A stretch of 62,914 nucleotides of DNA, filler included, from Parasitella parasitica NRRL 2501 (GCA_025201805.1; 8 parts of 8 records of this genome joined end to end with filler, not necessarily neighbours in it), one strand, 5' to 3'; counted from the first letter of the whole stretch, positions 11,672-26,557 are shown. Program-made: numbers and translations. The notes: generated from the letters alone by a model not told the origin.

Positions 11672-13567
11672 TGTATCGATTGACAATAAAAACAAAAAAA
11701 AAAAAAGAATGAGAGAAAGAAACAAGGTATTTATATCTTTGATAAACTGTTATAAAGGGGAAAAAAATAAAAATAAAAAATGGAGATTTTGAATGTCGAT
11801 ATCACAAACTCAGAAGGTTACTTTTTTGCCTTCAATGTAAAGTGCTATCGATGCGTTTCCGTATATTTATTATAACCAGAAAAGATCCGGGATTTGTTTA
11901 TCTGCACTTTGTATGCTGCAATGGTACGAATAAGGCTATTTCTGATGTTATAACTTACTATAATCGTATTTATACGACGTTTAGCCAATGCTCCTCAAAA
12001 TTAATCATCAGCCGAAAATGGTTAATTTGGCCTCTTTGGAGAATTAAAAAAACAAGGCGCATTCTTGTATGACCTCATACCAGACTTTTCATCGTGTTTG
12101 TTGATGGCAATGCTATCGTCCGCCTTGTAATGTCTAAACAGATTCGATTTTTCATTTTCTGATCTGTCCAGAAGAGAGAGAAAAAAAAAAAAGGAATCTT
12201 GAACAACTCTTTTATTCGCGGCAAATGTCTTGTGCTGATGAACTGAAAAACAAAACACTCGGGAGACAAGCAACATAAAAAGTGCCAAGATTAATAGATT
12301 ATAATATCAAAACTGAGGCGCCCCATCTATAATTTTCCCTATTTTTGACATTTATATTTTTGAAACTGATAACGACACTAAACAAACAAGAGGAAGTATC
12401 AACAAAGGCTAAACAATTTGGATAAAAGTGAATATATAGATATTTTTGGAAAATAAGGAGTACAGTAGGGCCTATCTACCAGCACCATCTCAAAGGCAAC
12501 TTGGTTTTGAGTTATAATGTACAAATCTGGTGTGATAGCAATACCAAGGCTGTATACAACTACCCAAAGGCCAGATGTCTTGCAGTTTTACAAAAATATC
12601 GTCCGTGCATCATCATATACAAAAAGTTGACCGACAAGGAATTTCGCGGTTTCCAACGTCGTCAAACAGATGAATTTGTCGAAAATTATGGCAATAGCAA
12701 TACTCTCGCTTGTGATTTTAACGCAAATTCTCAAATGTCAATGATGGAATTAGCAACTTTAATAAAAAGGGAAGTAAATTATATACTTTTTCAAGAGAGA
12801 GAGTTGCGAACAACCCTAGCTTGAAGCATTGAGCTAGTGCTAGTAGTATTCCGATTGGGAGCATTTGCCTTGAACACATTGAACAACGTTCAGAGCAGTT
12901 TTCACATCACTGTACTAAGCCCTCTTTAATGCTTAATTTATGTTGAAGAATTTTTTTCAGTCCGTGTGCCAAGTGGTACAATTTGCATGCCATTTTAAAA
13001 CAAAACCAAGGCCCTTCCAAGTGAGTAAACTGATTATCGTCCCAACTCAACTTTTTTTTTTCATAGCTAGCATTTTGAAAATATTTGACAAGGAAGGTCG
13101 GACTCAAGCCAATAGATCGAAATTCCAGATACAGGATTGTACTCTCTCTTCAAGTCTTACCAAGTAAGAACTTGAAAGGCCAATCCGATCTCTTGGTAAG
13201 TGTAATGATAATTTGTCAAAAAATATTGGCGCTACCTTCAAGATAAGCTTTTTGAGGCTAGCAAGTTTACTCACTCGGAATGCCCCCTCTTCTTCAACAA
13301 AGGTTGTGGCCACTTTTTCCTTTGTTCATCGATTACTATCGAGGAATACGGCTTTTTTTTTTTTTGATTCATGGCATATACCATCTAGCAAAAAAATACT
13401 GAAAAATTTACATGGATTGAAAATTTCTTCAATTTTATTTTCGAGCATTAAACGCATTGTATTACATGGTATTTTTAGATAGTATTTGGTGCACTGCCTA
13501 TTTGTTTAGATTACATAATCACCAATGATTTGTTATCGTCATACGTGCCATAAGCTGTATGCACACT

Positions 13568-16500
13568 CTAAGCATCATTAGTGGCGATAGTAGTTTCGTT
13601 GTTGGTCTGTTGGATCAACATAGTCAAACGACGGAGGCGCTTCAGGTTTAACTACAAGGGATAACATGGTTAGTATTTTGTCCTTGCTGACTGCTACCAT
13701 ATATTGTCACATACCCAAGATGGCAAATATATCTCAGCTTTGGTGTATCTTGGAACAGGGATCTCAAACGGGTTGGAGGTGTTCTCAATAGACACAGAGT
13801 CCAACAGAAGCACATCGCTCTTATCTCCGCTGACGACGTGGGATGCAACTGCTTTGAGTATTTCAGGTTTGACGGGGTTTTCATAATCGGCAGTGTAGTA
13901 TTGAGAGATCAGCTTTTGGATCTGTGTAGGCGAGAGGATCCAGCAAACGTCGTAGATATTTTCGATATCTTCCAATGTCGCCTTTTTGAACTGCAGTAAT
14001 TTAGTCGTCTGCATCAGATGTTCCAATTGAAGTGCTCCTTCGGGGATATCATGACTCTTGCACCACTCCTCAATTCTTGTGATGTTGTATTGGATTTGCA
14101 TTGCTGCCAAACAAACGTCAGGTTATTTATAACCAGCTAATCTCAGAATAACCTTTCTTACCTCTCTTCCATGAGCAAAAGTTCTTTCTCATCAGTAAAT
14201 CGTTGAATGCAGTGACACCAATCAGCTTCAACAGTTCAGTGAGAGCTTGCGTTGCAACAGATTGTTCAATGTAGTAGCACTTCATGGTACGCCAAACCTT
14301 GTTTAAAAAGTTTAAAAGATCATCCATCGAGTAACTTGGCTGAGAAGAACCGATTAAAAGCTTGTTGAAGAAACGGCCATTATCGCTAGTGATGAATCCC
14401 GGTAAAGACTGGCCTTCGACCACGGCAGGAATGACCATCTTGCTCAAATGCTTTTTAATTTCCTTCATCCACGCATGGAAAATATTGTCCTCCAAACACT
14501 GCATCTCAAACTTGATAGTCTCCATCAATTTGCTGAAATCATGTCTTCCGACAGTCTTGCGTTTATCTTGATACAGCTCTTGGTCAATCTCCACATGCGC
14601 AATGCAGATCAATGACAACAGCTCGTGCACATTGGTCAACCAGAAGGTACATGGTACCACGGCATCTTCGTCAGAGAAGCTCAAAAACTGCTTCTGGATC
14701 GTGTCCATCACGTTAAACAAGAGTCTCTCCGATTCCTGGACATAGCCCAGATGCCACATTTCATTTACACAGACACTAATAGTGTGTGCAGGGAACAGGA
14801 TTTCCTTTTGAGAGGGCGGGTTTTGCAGCGTAGGTAAGGGCATTTTGACAGATTTGATCAGACCTTGTAGGATTTCTTCCTGTAGTGCTTCTTCGTTGCG
14901 CAAGAGAGCGTGTATCTCGTCTTCAGGACTTTCATCAATGGTGCCTGCTAGTCCTCCTGTAGATTTATTAGCCATAAGTGCGCCCACATGATCAATAGAA
15001 GTAGGGCGAGGATTCTTTCGATGGTCCTCGGCATTTCGAATGTTATCAATCGAGTTCTTGAGTCGGCTTCCATTGGCCATGTCCGCAGAACTGTTGCGGC
15101 GAGCGCGACGATGGTTAGGGACAGGCAAACTGGGGCTGTTACTGCTGCTGACGGCAGGTGGCGGTACAGGCGAGCGACTTCTATGACGAGCTGCTGCAGA
15201 CTCTGGATCCAAGGAATTAGGCGAGGGTGAGACATTACGCATGCCAGGCGCAGGCGAGATGGCACGCAACGCATTATTAGACCCTTGCCTGCGGGGAGCA
15301 TGAAGAGCTTGCGATAACTGAATCTTGAGCGCTGCCAGTTGGCTTCGTAATTCTGCCACCTCTGCTTCGTCGGTTGCGTGTTTAGCACGTTCATCAGCTT
15401 CTTCAAGATTCTTGCGCAACGAAGCGCTTTCTGCTTGTTCAGCCTCCAGCTGGCTCTTGGTCTGCGTCAGTTCGCGATCCTGACTCTTGATCTTTTCCGT
15501 GGCGACGCGATGTTCGCTGGTAACAGTAGCCAGTTCAGCTTGCAAGGCATCATGCTGCTCTTTGGGAACAGTAGGTTCCTGTAGCTTCTCATCAAGGCTT
15601 TTAGCGCGACGCTCCAATTTCTCATACTTGTCTGTCCAGCTCTTTATTTGAGCCTCCAATTGTACTGCACGCTCGTTAGCCAGTTTCTTTTCATCACGAA
15701 CAGCAGTGAGCGTTTGTGTCAGCTCAACAACCTTGTTCTCGAGCGCATACGACACCTCTTTGAAATGGCTGACGGAGCGAGCCTCGGTTCGTAAAGCAAA
15801 CAGCTTTTTGCGAGCAATGTTGCGACGAACGCAGGACTGAATATGAATGATGACCTCTCTTTGCGTCTTGTAGCTTTTTCTTGCAAACCATCCGCGAGCA
15901 AGCCTTTGGATTTGAACAGCTGCGTGGTTTTCGCGCAGGGCAACATAATTAAGTCTGGCCAGATAGGAGCGACTCGCAGTCTGCAGTTTAAGGATAAACG
16001 CTTGCTTGGAGAGGAATTCCTTGCGAGCAGTGTATCTGCGCCAGTGTTTTTGGATGGCAATGGCAGCTTTGTCTTGACGCAATACTTGCATTTGAGCTAC
16101 TGCAATCTTGCGACGGGCAAAACATTGGATCTGGATAGCCAGCTCCTTGGTACGCACATAGCGAGTGCGATAGATAAAACGCCTCATGTGCTTTTGTAAT
16201 GTAACAGCACATTCGTTGAAGCGATCAGATCTTAACTTTTCCAAGTAGGCCAACTAGAGATAGGAAATGCGCATTTAGAGCAGCTATATACACTAGCAAA
16301 AATCAAACTTACCTGTCCTGCTCGGAAAAAGATCTTGGTAGTACCGACTTGGAACTTGTCTTGGTCCTTGATCGAGTTGTCCAGGATGACTGAGCATAGC
16401 TGTCTTACTTCTGGCTTCACCTTGGGGTCCCAATGTTTAGATGATACAAGCGCAAAGTATCGATCGGCGAACTCTTCAAATGTCCATCGCGACGGGTAGC

Positions 16501-18995
16501 CTGCACAACTGATGCGGATGGTTTCTAGCACACCACAAGCACGCAGCTGAGATAGCACCATGCTGGGATCAAACTCCCATGCTACCTTGGCTTCGTTAGG
16601 TTTAATACAACGGATATAATGGACATTTGTGCCACCAATAGTTTCCATAAGGTTGATTAACGATAATTTGAAAATGGAGCCAAGGGTAGGTTTTCTCGCA
16701 ATCATGCTCATACGCTTGTTGTTCTCGGGCTGTTTGAAAAAGAAAAAAAAAAAAGGCAAAGGTGTTAAACACTAGCCATACACTGTGCAAAGTAAACTTA
16801 CAATGGGGGTGGGATTATTAGCTGCTGCTTTGTCCAACACCTCAACCAAGAAATCAAAGTCGGAACCTTGCAAAAGTGCTAAATGCTCGTCAGGCACGGT
16901 ATCCTTGTTCTTGTCGATAAAGCTTTCAGCTTCGTACTGCACATCCAAAGCATAATGAGCAATGGTAAACGCGTTGTTCGAGAAACGTGGCTTTTTGAAA
17001 TAGTTCTTGAAATTAGGGCCTTCAAAGTTGGAATAAAGTTTCTGGACAAAGCCTTGATCCGATCCAGAAGGTAAGCGAGATTCCTAACATGACAACGTTA
17101 ACGCACCACGGAAACCGCACAAGAGCACTATAAGCTTACCTCATCCAGTAGCGACAAAATACCCAGCTTTGCCTCTATCAGTTCAATACACTTTTGGTTG
17201 TCGCTGAATTCGATAAAGGTCCAGTTAATCTTTTCCCTGACATACTCTTCTTGCTCCAGTTTGAACACATGTTGGTTAAACTGCTGCTGCAGCTTTTCGT
17301 TTGCATAATTAATACAAAACTGTTCAAAGGAATTCTTTTTAAAATGCTCAAAGCCATAGATATCGAGCACACCGATGAAATTAGCCACTAGAGAGGCGTT
17401 GGGACATGATAGGCTCTCGTTTGTTACAGAAACCAGCCACTCAAACAGATTAGCGTACACATATTTTGCTACAGAGTCCTTTACAACGTGTGCCTGGGCC
17501 GGGCTAAGGTTTGTAACGATCTTTTCCGAGCGAGTGACAATTTGTTTACGGACGATCCATTTTCTAAAATCAGCAGTTTTGATACCAAGCAAACGAGTGG
17601 TGGTCAACAGGGCTCCATCTGTTTCAGATAGCATAGCATCGCCACGGCCTGTGATCTGAATATTACCCAAGTGCAGCAGCGCTGCCAACAGCCGAAATAT
17701 CTTCCACTGCAATTGTACAGAGAGGCCGATCGTAGATAGTGCTCGTTGCGTAGTTTCGAATTCTGCAGCATCGTCAACGCCAGGAATTACTCCAGTACCA
17801 CTCTGATTCAAATAATGAAATTGACTATAATCACCAAGTTCGAACTCCTTTTTTTCTGACAGAGGAATGCCCGCGCAAAGCTGTAGCGATCATGCATGCA
17901 ATGATGATGAGTTTTTTTTTTGTGTCATAATGGATAGTGCCCTTACCTGGTAAAAGATATGGTAGTTTCTCTCAATCTCAGGCTGGTAGATCAAACGAGA
18001 GCGCTCTAGCAGGTAAGTCCTGATCTTTGCGCCTACAATATTGGCCTCATTATCAAACTGGATTTCAATGTATTTACCAAATCTAGAAGAGTTGTCGTTT
18101 CGAGTCGTTTTAGCGTTACCGAATGCTTCCATGATGGGATTAGTAGCTGTGAATTACACCTTGTGTATTAGTAAATAATGCTCATCAGGTGCCATTTCCA
18201 CACAAAAGTTACCCAAGATCTGTTCTTCTACTTCTGTCATGCCTCCGCTTGATTTCTGCTTTTTGCCCTGCGACTCCTGATCATCTGCAGTAGCAAAATA
18301 ACGCATAATATACTTTGCGCTCACTGTTTTACCCGCACCACTCTCACCAGACACCACAATAGTTTGATTTACTTGCTCACGAATCATGCAACGATAAGCG
18401 TCCTCTGCAATAGCAAATAAATGCGGCTCCAGTTCGCCTCTTCGTCTGCCTGAATACTGTTGAACAATGTCCGGATCATATAGAGCTACACGGTCAAAAG
18501 GATTTACTGCAATCAACACAATACCAGAGTAGGTATAAATCAGACGCTGCATATAACGAGTGCGGATCGTGTTTAAAACTACAGAGTACATGAGTCATGG
18601 TATTCAAACTCTCACGCACACTCTCACTTTATTACCTGCTGGCTCATTTAGATAGCTAAGATTTGTTAAATCGTCCGTGTACTCCATCTTTGGAGGATTT
18701 CGAAGTGGTGGCAGTAGCGATCCGCTATTCTTTTCAACTTCCTTGATAGTAGATTCAAAGACATATTCCTATTATTTGTTTAGAATATGCAAGTGCCATT
18801 TAATATCACGTTGTATTGTATGTTTGTATACAGTACACATACTCTTTCGTCATTATCGCTCTGAAACACTAAGCGAATTTTATCGCCCTGAACTGCATTT
18901 GAGATACATGTTGTGGATACCCAAGCTTCTCTGTCGTCTTCAAACCAAGCTTTTGTCCCCTGAGTATAGACCTCGACTGCTTGAAGGACGTTCAT
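13568..18995 (-). CDS. MYO2: Class V myosin heavy chain (multi-exon)
   Basis: P-loop [33 protein letters not shown], tandem IQ motifs, coiled coil, C-terminal dilute (DIL) domain, GT-AG introns. Last exon LNLKRLRRL...NDA* ends at 13568. Confidence 0.96.
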
Positions 18996-20525
18996 TTCTC
19001 TTTCAGTTTGGCGTACAAGCTTGTGCAGAAAATTATGATTTATTCTTTTTTGATAAAAAGAAAAATAACAAAAAAAAAAAAGAGAGAAAGAGAAAATTGA
19101 TGGAATTCTTTATGTTGCACCTATTTTATAATAGTTGTACAGTCCAGGAACGAGATATTAGAATAGGTGCGGACTCGAACTATTTATTTATACAAAACGG
19201 AATCACCCATCATCCTCCACTGATAGATTATTAAAAAACATGCACAGTTTTTTGTCACTTGATGTTGTATCTTGCTTATGCATATGAAGGTGTGTATGAG
19301 GACATTATAGTGCACAAAAGCAAATTTGCGTGTATCAGCGTCCAATTTTCAAGCAAGATATGATAATCATTCTTGCTTCGTTCAGTATTGTTAGAGACTT
19401 CTCCATGTTCAAGCCATTATATACGGTAAAAGAGAAGAACTAGAATATAACGTGATAAATGAGGCTTGTATAACTCTAATCTTTCTTAGTTTCAGAAAAA
19501 TACTACGTTTATATAGTTTATAGTAAATAGAGTGTCTTGTTGATTTCAGTAGATGTACATAACAAAGTGTTCACCTTTGCCTATAGCGATGCCCTATATC
19601 CTTTGATATAGTTATTCGCACCTTTGTATCATTACTCTAAATGGTTACTACAAAATGTGTGCCATTTGTAGTACAATATAATGGCTAAAAACCCGACTAA
19701 TCTGTCTTCCAGGTCATTCATATTGAATATTGGACACCTGCTTGTTTACATTATCTCTGATATATCATTATGCAAATGTAATCTCAGTTAGAAGTAATTG
19801 CTTAAGATTCGGTCTTTAATCCCTTAATGCTAATCATTCAAACTTACATCTCATCATTCTTCTGCGATTCAGTCTGGCATCCTCTGCCATTGTCGCCTAA
19901 TGTCTTTGATCGTTTTACGCAATTAAGAATATTTTATAGGTTAGGACTAGGATCTCACTTACATTAACTGTCTTAGCATGATTGAATTTGGGCCACTCAA
20001 ATAGCCCTACTTGGAAAGAGAGATACCGAATCTTCAACATTTAAATTTGTTCAATGGAATAACCTTGTAACATGCACATATCATAAATACAGCGAGAATA
20101 AAATGAATAGATACTTGTGTATTATATACAGGTGAAAAGAAAAGATCAAGTATGTGTAGCGAGAATTCGAAAATAATCTCATCTGAGCTTTTGCCATTAA
20201 AGCTGCTAAAAACTTGATCCTTTAGCAATATTATCACGAATGTATTTCCTGGTTTTATAGCATATGTATTTGTAGCAACAATCAAAATGTTGCCGAAGCG
20301 AAGGCTGGAAATGTGGTAAATGCTCTCAGAGCCACGCTTTATTTTTCATATATATAGTAATAATAAATTTGAATCCCTTTCTTCCCTATATCTTTCAATG
20401 CTGCTATGTGATAATATATAATTCANNNNNNNNNNNNNNNNNNNNNNNNNNNNNNNNNNNNNNNNNNNNTTAATTAATTAANNNNNNNNNNNNNNNNNNN
20501 NNNNNNNNNNNNNNNNNNNNNNNNN

Positions 20526-20660
20526 ACAAGAAGTGTCAAACCTTATTAAATCACAGCATTTCCAGGACAGACCTATCTTTCTATTTTACATTAAAGAGAA
20601 GATTGGGTAGGATGTCTTCCCGACATCCCGCGATCTGATCTAGATGTATTCTTTGAATAA
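20526..20660 (-). repeat. Copy of the LTR-like repeat at 4036-4171, abutting a gap and the DIRS element
   Basis: Direct sequence match in inverted orientation. Confidence 0.75.
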
Positions 20661-23659
20661 GCCTGGAACCTTGCAAGAGGTCCAATTACAACTTGTAGCT
20701 TATTCCTTATTTGTAAAAGAATTACCAACAATTAATATCATGATCCGTGCATTACGACTAAGTTAGATATGACATATGTAGCCTTTATATGGATACAACA
20801 GTTATGAAGAAGCAATCCTCAAGAGCGCAACGTCCAAATCGTATGGAGGATTCAAACCTAGAAGAGACCGTGGCAGAGGCTCGAACAGAGGTTCACGACG
20901 AGGACAGTTTTTTGGCAGGGGCCGTGGTCGAGGTTTCACCCCACCGACAAAGGATGACCACCATCAGTCAACGCCCAACAACCAGTGAGACTAAAAACAC
21001 CAGTAATAGATCAAAAAATCCAAAAACAGCAAAAAATAAAAAACAACAAAAAAAAACAAACAGTGAACAACAACAAACAAACAATAATCAACAACAATCA
21101 TTATACAATCCCCACAGACGGAATAGCCCCAGGGGGGCGTCTGCAGCACTTCCTGCAAAACTGGAAGAAGATCACGACACATCGATGGCCCTTGTCTGTT
21201 ATCAGCCAAGGGTACTAGATCCAATTTCAGTCCACGCCAATCCCTTGGAAGAGCAAGAACCGGACACTCAACCCAACATTGGACCCAATTGTAGAGCAAT
21301 TTTTGGAGCCAAAGGTGATCGAAGTATCACCCGATCAAGACTCTCGTTTTCTGTCAAAATTGTTCACAGTCCAGGAACTAAACAAGCTTCGACCTATCTT
21401 GGATTGTCGCAGAATAAACCAACACATCCAGGTTCAGCATTTCAAGATGGAGGGAGTACCTGCGTTACGCCAATTGATCCAACAAGAAGATTACGTAGTA
21501 AAAATCGACCTGGAGGATGCATATGTAGTGGTTCCAATCCATTTCCAGTTGAGAAAATACTTATCCTTCGAGCACAGAGGTATTGTATACCGTTACTCGT
21601 TGTTAGTGTTTGGGATGAGCTACTCTCCATTGGTTTTCGCCAAGCTGACTCGTTTTGCCTTATAATCCCTCCGCCAAGAGGGTATAAGGATGGCCAACTA
21701 CTTGGACGATACTTGCATCCTGGGCAGAACAAGAAAAGAATGTCAATTGAATGCCGAGAGAGTGGTGAAACATCTTCAGGACCTTGGTTTTATTATCAAT
21801 TTCCAGAAGAGCAATCTGGAACCAGCACATGTCCAAGACTTCCTGGGCTTCACTTTCAACACCCTCAAGTTGAAGATCAGTGTACACCACAGAAAAAGAT
21901 GCACAATCGTTTCTCTCGAATAAAGCAGTTACGGAACTCACCGAAAGACAAGTCATGTCGATGAATTGCAGGGATTATTGGGAAGATGACAGATATGCTA
22001 CCAGCCATCGGCGAAGCGTTACTACATCCACGATTTTTGCAAAGAGATCTCGCGCGAAACCTTCGTTCAAACAACTTCAATTGGGAAAAGGTTCATGCCC
22101 TCTTTCACAACGCGCATTTGGAGACCTAGACTGGTGGGACAAGACAGCTACCATAAAGGATCGTCTACCGCTGAGAGAGCAGCAAGAGCATCAACCTCCT
22201 GCAATAACTATCCATTGCGACGCTTCCGACTCCGGATGGGGAGTCGCCTCTTCCCAGATCCAAAAAGCAGGTTTCTGGCCCACAGCCAAAAAAGAAGATT
22301 CATCAATGTGAGGGAACTGAAGACAGTAAAATTCGCTCTTTTCCTGCATGCAAGAGAATTCGAGGGAAACACTTACAAATCTTCACCAACAACACCACCG
22401 CCGTAAAATACGCCATGAGATCAGGCGGTACAGCATCAGTAGCCCTCCAAGATCTCGCGATAGAAATCCAAGAGATTATCCATCGGAACAACATTCATAT
22501 GAAGTTCCATCATATACTAGCAGGCAAGAACAACACAACAGCGGATTCCCTGAGCAGACGAGAAAAACCGCTATACGAATGGAAACTCCCCAGGAGATTT
22601 TTCAAGATGCTGGAAACTCGATGGGGTCTACTAAAGGTCGACGCATTTGCTTCGAGAGAGAACAGATAAACAAGGGAGTTTTGGTGTTATCTCCCCAACC
22701 CAGAGGCAGCAGCGACAGATGCGTTTCAACAAGATTGGCACCGGAAGGGACTATATTTTCACCCACCATGGCAATTAATACCAAGAGTGGTCCACAAGGT
22801 GCAAGAGGACAAGGTTACCAAGGTCATCTTAGTCACACCGAATTGGCCAATGGTTCTGAATCTGAGCAGGTCACCCCCAATCAAGCTAGAAGTGTCAAGG
22901 AAGTGGACCTTGATCGCTTGGCAATTATCCGGGAATACCGAGGTGATGAGATAAAGGAAGCAGTTTCTGAGTACCTCCATTCAGCGAACCGAACAGGTAC
23001 TCATAAACAGTATGATGGTTTGTGGAAGCAATGGGCATCGTGGTGCCACGGAAGACAGTAGAGTCCTCGAGAATACAACCCTACAAGAATTGTAGAATAT
23101 TTATTCTCTCGAAACTAAGATGCATATTCTACATTGAATTCAGCAAGATCAGCCATTGCATCTGTATTCAAAATTATTTATCCAACCAAACCACCTATAG
23201 CTTCTCCTCAACTCATAGTGGATTTCTTCAGTGCCAAGAAACGAAGATCTCCAAAATTGCCTAATAAGGACCAAGAAACGTTTGACATAACCTTAATTAC
23301 AAACTATATTCTGTCTTGGGGAAATACAGGAACTTTGTCCTTATTTCAACTGCAACAAAAGGCTTTGTTGTACCTACTGACGGTTTCAACTATGTGGCGT
23401 CCTAGGTCAGACATCGGTACAATTCAAGGGAAATATCTTGAATTCATTATCAAGGATTCCGTACTCAAGGGCCTTACTGTTATCAGCCGGGCTCCTAAGG
23501 AAATCACGCCAAAGAAATCGAAGCTTGGGGTTCTTGACGAGGAAGTGGTTTGCCCAGTCAAGACTTTGTTTGAATTTGTCGCTCGTTCAAGAAATTTGCG
23601 TTGTAATCTCCCAGAAGACCAGACTTTATTCTTAGCCAACATTGAGGATGCATCCTCAT
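20661..23659 (+). mobile_element. DIRS1-like tyrosine-recombinase retrotransposon, frameshifted and truncated
   Basis: RG-rich gag tail; RT motifs GGRLQHF..W, HFKMEG, IDLEDAY, FGMSYSP, YLDD; RNase H DASDSGWG and ADSLSR; Dam-like MTase DAFASREN..YFHPPW; YR motifs WRPRSDI and CPV. Confidence 0.9.
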
Positions 23660-23857
23660 TGATGTATATTTCAGATATTTCAATACAATAAAAAGAAACT
23701 TGTGATGATTCACAGCTTTCAACCGTATTCGAACAATAAAAGAAGTATCTGGTTTATTATGATATAAACACAGGGTATTTATATCTTCAATTATTTACTA
23801 CTACGGGTGAGATAGTAGCTGCAACAACCAATAGATTAATACGATAGTATGTTGTTG
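23660..23857 (-). repeat. LTR-like repeat truncating the DIRS recombinase
   Basis: Inverted copy of 26360-26557. Both interrupted ORFs end in the same peptide SLMYISDISIQ. Confidence 0.75.
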
Positions 23858-25698
23858 TCACTGTTGATAAACGAATAGAAAATACACCGTGTTAGCACTG
23901 TCAATTGGTTTGATATGTTTCATTGTTGATGTTGATCCAAAAATATATATGAGCTGATGTAACATATCAAATATAGTTTGTTTGCACTTTGAAATTTGAG
24001 CAAGTCCGCCTATATTGTTGATGTCATGGCAGCTGAGACATTGCGTTATCCAGTGTCAGTTGATGAGATATTATACTGATATATACGAATAATTGCTATG
24101 CAAAAATATATATAGTTATAATTGACAGATAGTATGTTTGCCGACTGTAAAAACAAAGAGATACTATTCAATAATATAAAGTTCGTATAAAAGGACTAGT
24201 TCTCTGTAATATAAATAAAAATACACTAGAGAGGAATGTATGTAAAATAACGTAAAGTTAAGTTTACGAGAGAAAAAGGTTGTTTATTATCAATGTTGAC
24301 ATATGCAAAGCATATGCAATTTGCAGTAAGATCGATCAATTACTATATAAANNNNNNNNNNNNNNNNNNNNNNNNNNNNNNNNNNNNNNNNNNNNTTAAT
24401 TAATTAANNNNNNNNNNNNNNNNNNNNNNNNNNNNNNNNNNNNNNNNNNNNTTTTTTTTGGGAAAGATCACCATAGATGATGCAAGGGGCGGGTATTTAT
24501 CACATTTTTGGCCCCCACCGGACGGAGTTTTCAAACATCTGGTAAATTGAGGGTGGAAACATAGTAAATGCCTTGTTGATGGATTTGGACATATCCTAAA
24601 GTGCTGATGAGAACCAACACCAGAACTCATGGGAGAATAAAAAAGTGTCTACGCCGCAATATTGACAGAACTCTGTATCAAACGATAATGTTCCAGCAGA
24701 TGTATTTTTAGCAGATAAAATAAATGAGCAAGTAGTTTTGTCTGTCATTGCAGATGGGCAATTTATTGTTGAGAGTTTATTTGTCATTTTTATAAAAACG
24801 AATCTGGAGGCTCTTTTATACGTTTGGAAGGCGCTATCCTGAAAATCGAGAAATTAGGCTGTTTTCTCGATCCTCGTCCAAAATTACTCTATTTTTACTA
24901 ATTCGATCAATTGGCAAATGTTTTGTGAATATTTCTATTCCGGTTATAGTATGAGTTTTGTGTGATGTTCTATCGAAGTCTATTCATTTTGTTCTTTGTG
25001 ATTCTACGCAAAATTATGCATATCGCATAGTTGGTCGATATTATTTAATGTTATTACCTTTGATGAGTCTTGTTGCATCAACGAAACGTAATTATCCGTA
25101 GTTTGAAACTCGAATTCTGTATCATTCGCTGTTAGATGTCACTAATACCGTAAGAATACAAGTAATGTATTTGATAGTGCCGTTGATACCCCGTACATGG
25201 CATATATAATGCTCAAAGATGACAACAAGCATTAAGCCATTTTAAGTAATTCATGCCATCTTGATGGGTTCAAATAATTGAATCACGAACAATCTCGATT
25301 ATTTTAAATGAAAATCGATTCGATGCTTTTATTTCGATGAATGAAAAGAATTCTGAGAGAAGATTTTTTCTCACAATATATAAATTCGTACTTTTCGATA
25401 TCGCCTTCATGTACATGTATCAAGGACACTGTAGCAAGTTTTTTTCCTCATCTACATTAAAAGTATGCGACTTTGAGGACTCCATTTACTGTATATAAAC
25501 AGTGCCTGATGACTCGCCTAAACTCGTAGCTACCACCCAATGTAGTTTTCAGCAAAAATTATGATCTAGTAAATGACGAGATTTCGCATGATGGCGTTTG
25601 ATAACTCTTAGCTGGGTGTCTAGTTAAACGCAAACTGCAGCCACAAATTTTCATTGAGTTTTTCAAATACATAAAGTAGGGGAGTTTGATCATTTGTC

Positions 25699-25700
<2 letters not shown>

Positions 25701-25775
<75 letters not shown>
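25701..25775 (-). repeat. Poly(A) tract on the - strand (possible LINE tail)
   Basis: 75-nt T run adjoining a gap. Confidence 0.4.
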
Positions 25776-26359
25776 NNNNNNNNNNNNNNNNNNNNNNNNN
25801 NNNNNNNNNNNNNNNNNNNTTAATTAATTAANNNNNNNNNNNNNNNNNNNNNNNNNNNNNNNNNNNNNNNNNNNNACAAGAGGTCATCTCAAAATTTGAA
25901 AGCAAACATGTACAAACAAAATATATACTTTATTCAAGTATATTGCTACTGGCGCTAGCATTATTACCACCAGCGTCCTCTTCAACATTTTGAACAACAT
26001 TTTGGTTTTAGAAATAAGTATTTCTTCGTCACTTTTTGCTTTCAGATGAACATTTGTATGATTGTGAGAGCATAAATAAACTTTTACTCAAAACAGATGC
26101 GATCTTTGGAATGCAATACCTCAACAAATATTTGGTAGCAAATGTTACTACCAGCACAAAAAAAACCGAAATGTCTCAGAAATAGTATTATGTCATTAAA
26201 AATGAGCTATCTCAACTTTTTATTTATAAACGCACATTCTGTGGCAAAATTATTTAAGTTCTCACAAGCACATAAATACTCCCATGACCCTAATAATGTT
26301 CCCATTTGAGCACATTTATGTTTACCGAGAACATCCAGGAGGCCATAGTGCGTTCATCG

Positions 26360-26557
26360 ACAACATACTATCACATTAATCTATTGGTTATTACAGCTAC
26401 CATCTCAGTTGTAGTAAATAATTGAAGATATAAATACAGGGTATTTATATCATAATAAACGATATACTGTACTTCTTTTATTGTTCGGATACAGTTGAAA
26501 GCTGTGAATTATTACAAGTCTCTTTTTATTGTATTGAAATATCTGAAATATACATCA
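26360..26557 (+). repeat. LTR-like repeat truncating a LINE RT
   Basis: Ends ...TATACATCA; matches 23660-23857. Confidence 0.75.

Noticed and set aside
12400-13400. Possible second Fanzor remnant (YSDVKTALNV resembles RuvC-III)
   Set aside because: No RuvC-I/II or zinc finger could be placed in order; resemblance too weak.
9127-16212. Long antisense and alternate-frame ORFs over the TF and myosin genes
   Set aside because: Shadow ORFs of GC-richer coding sequence.
19250-20425. Possible degenerate CACTA-type transposase
   Set aside because: Too many stops; no catalytic motif supportable.
20789-21964. 391-aa ORF as an independent gene
   Set aside because: Overlapping or shifted frame within the DIRS gag/RT region.
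24452-24790. Short ORF with CQYC beside a gap
   Set aside because: Interrupted and unrecognised.
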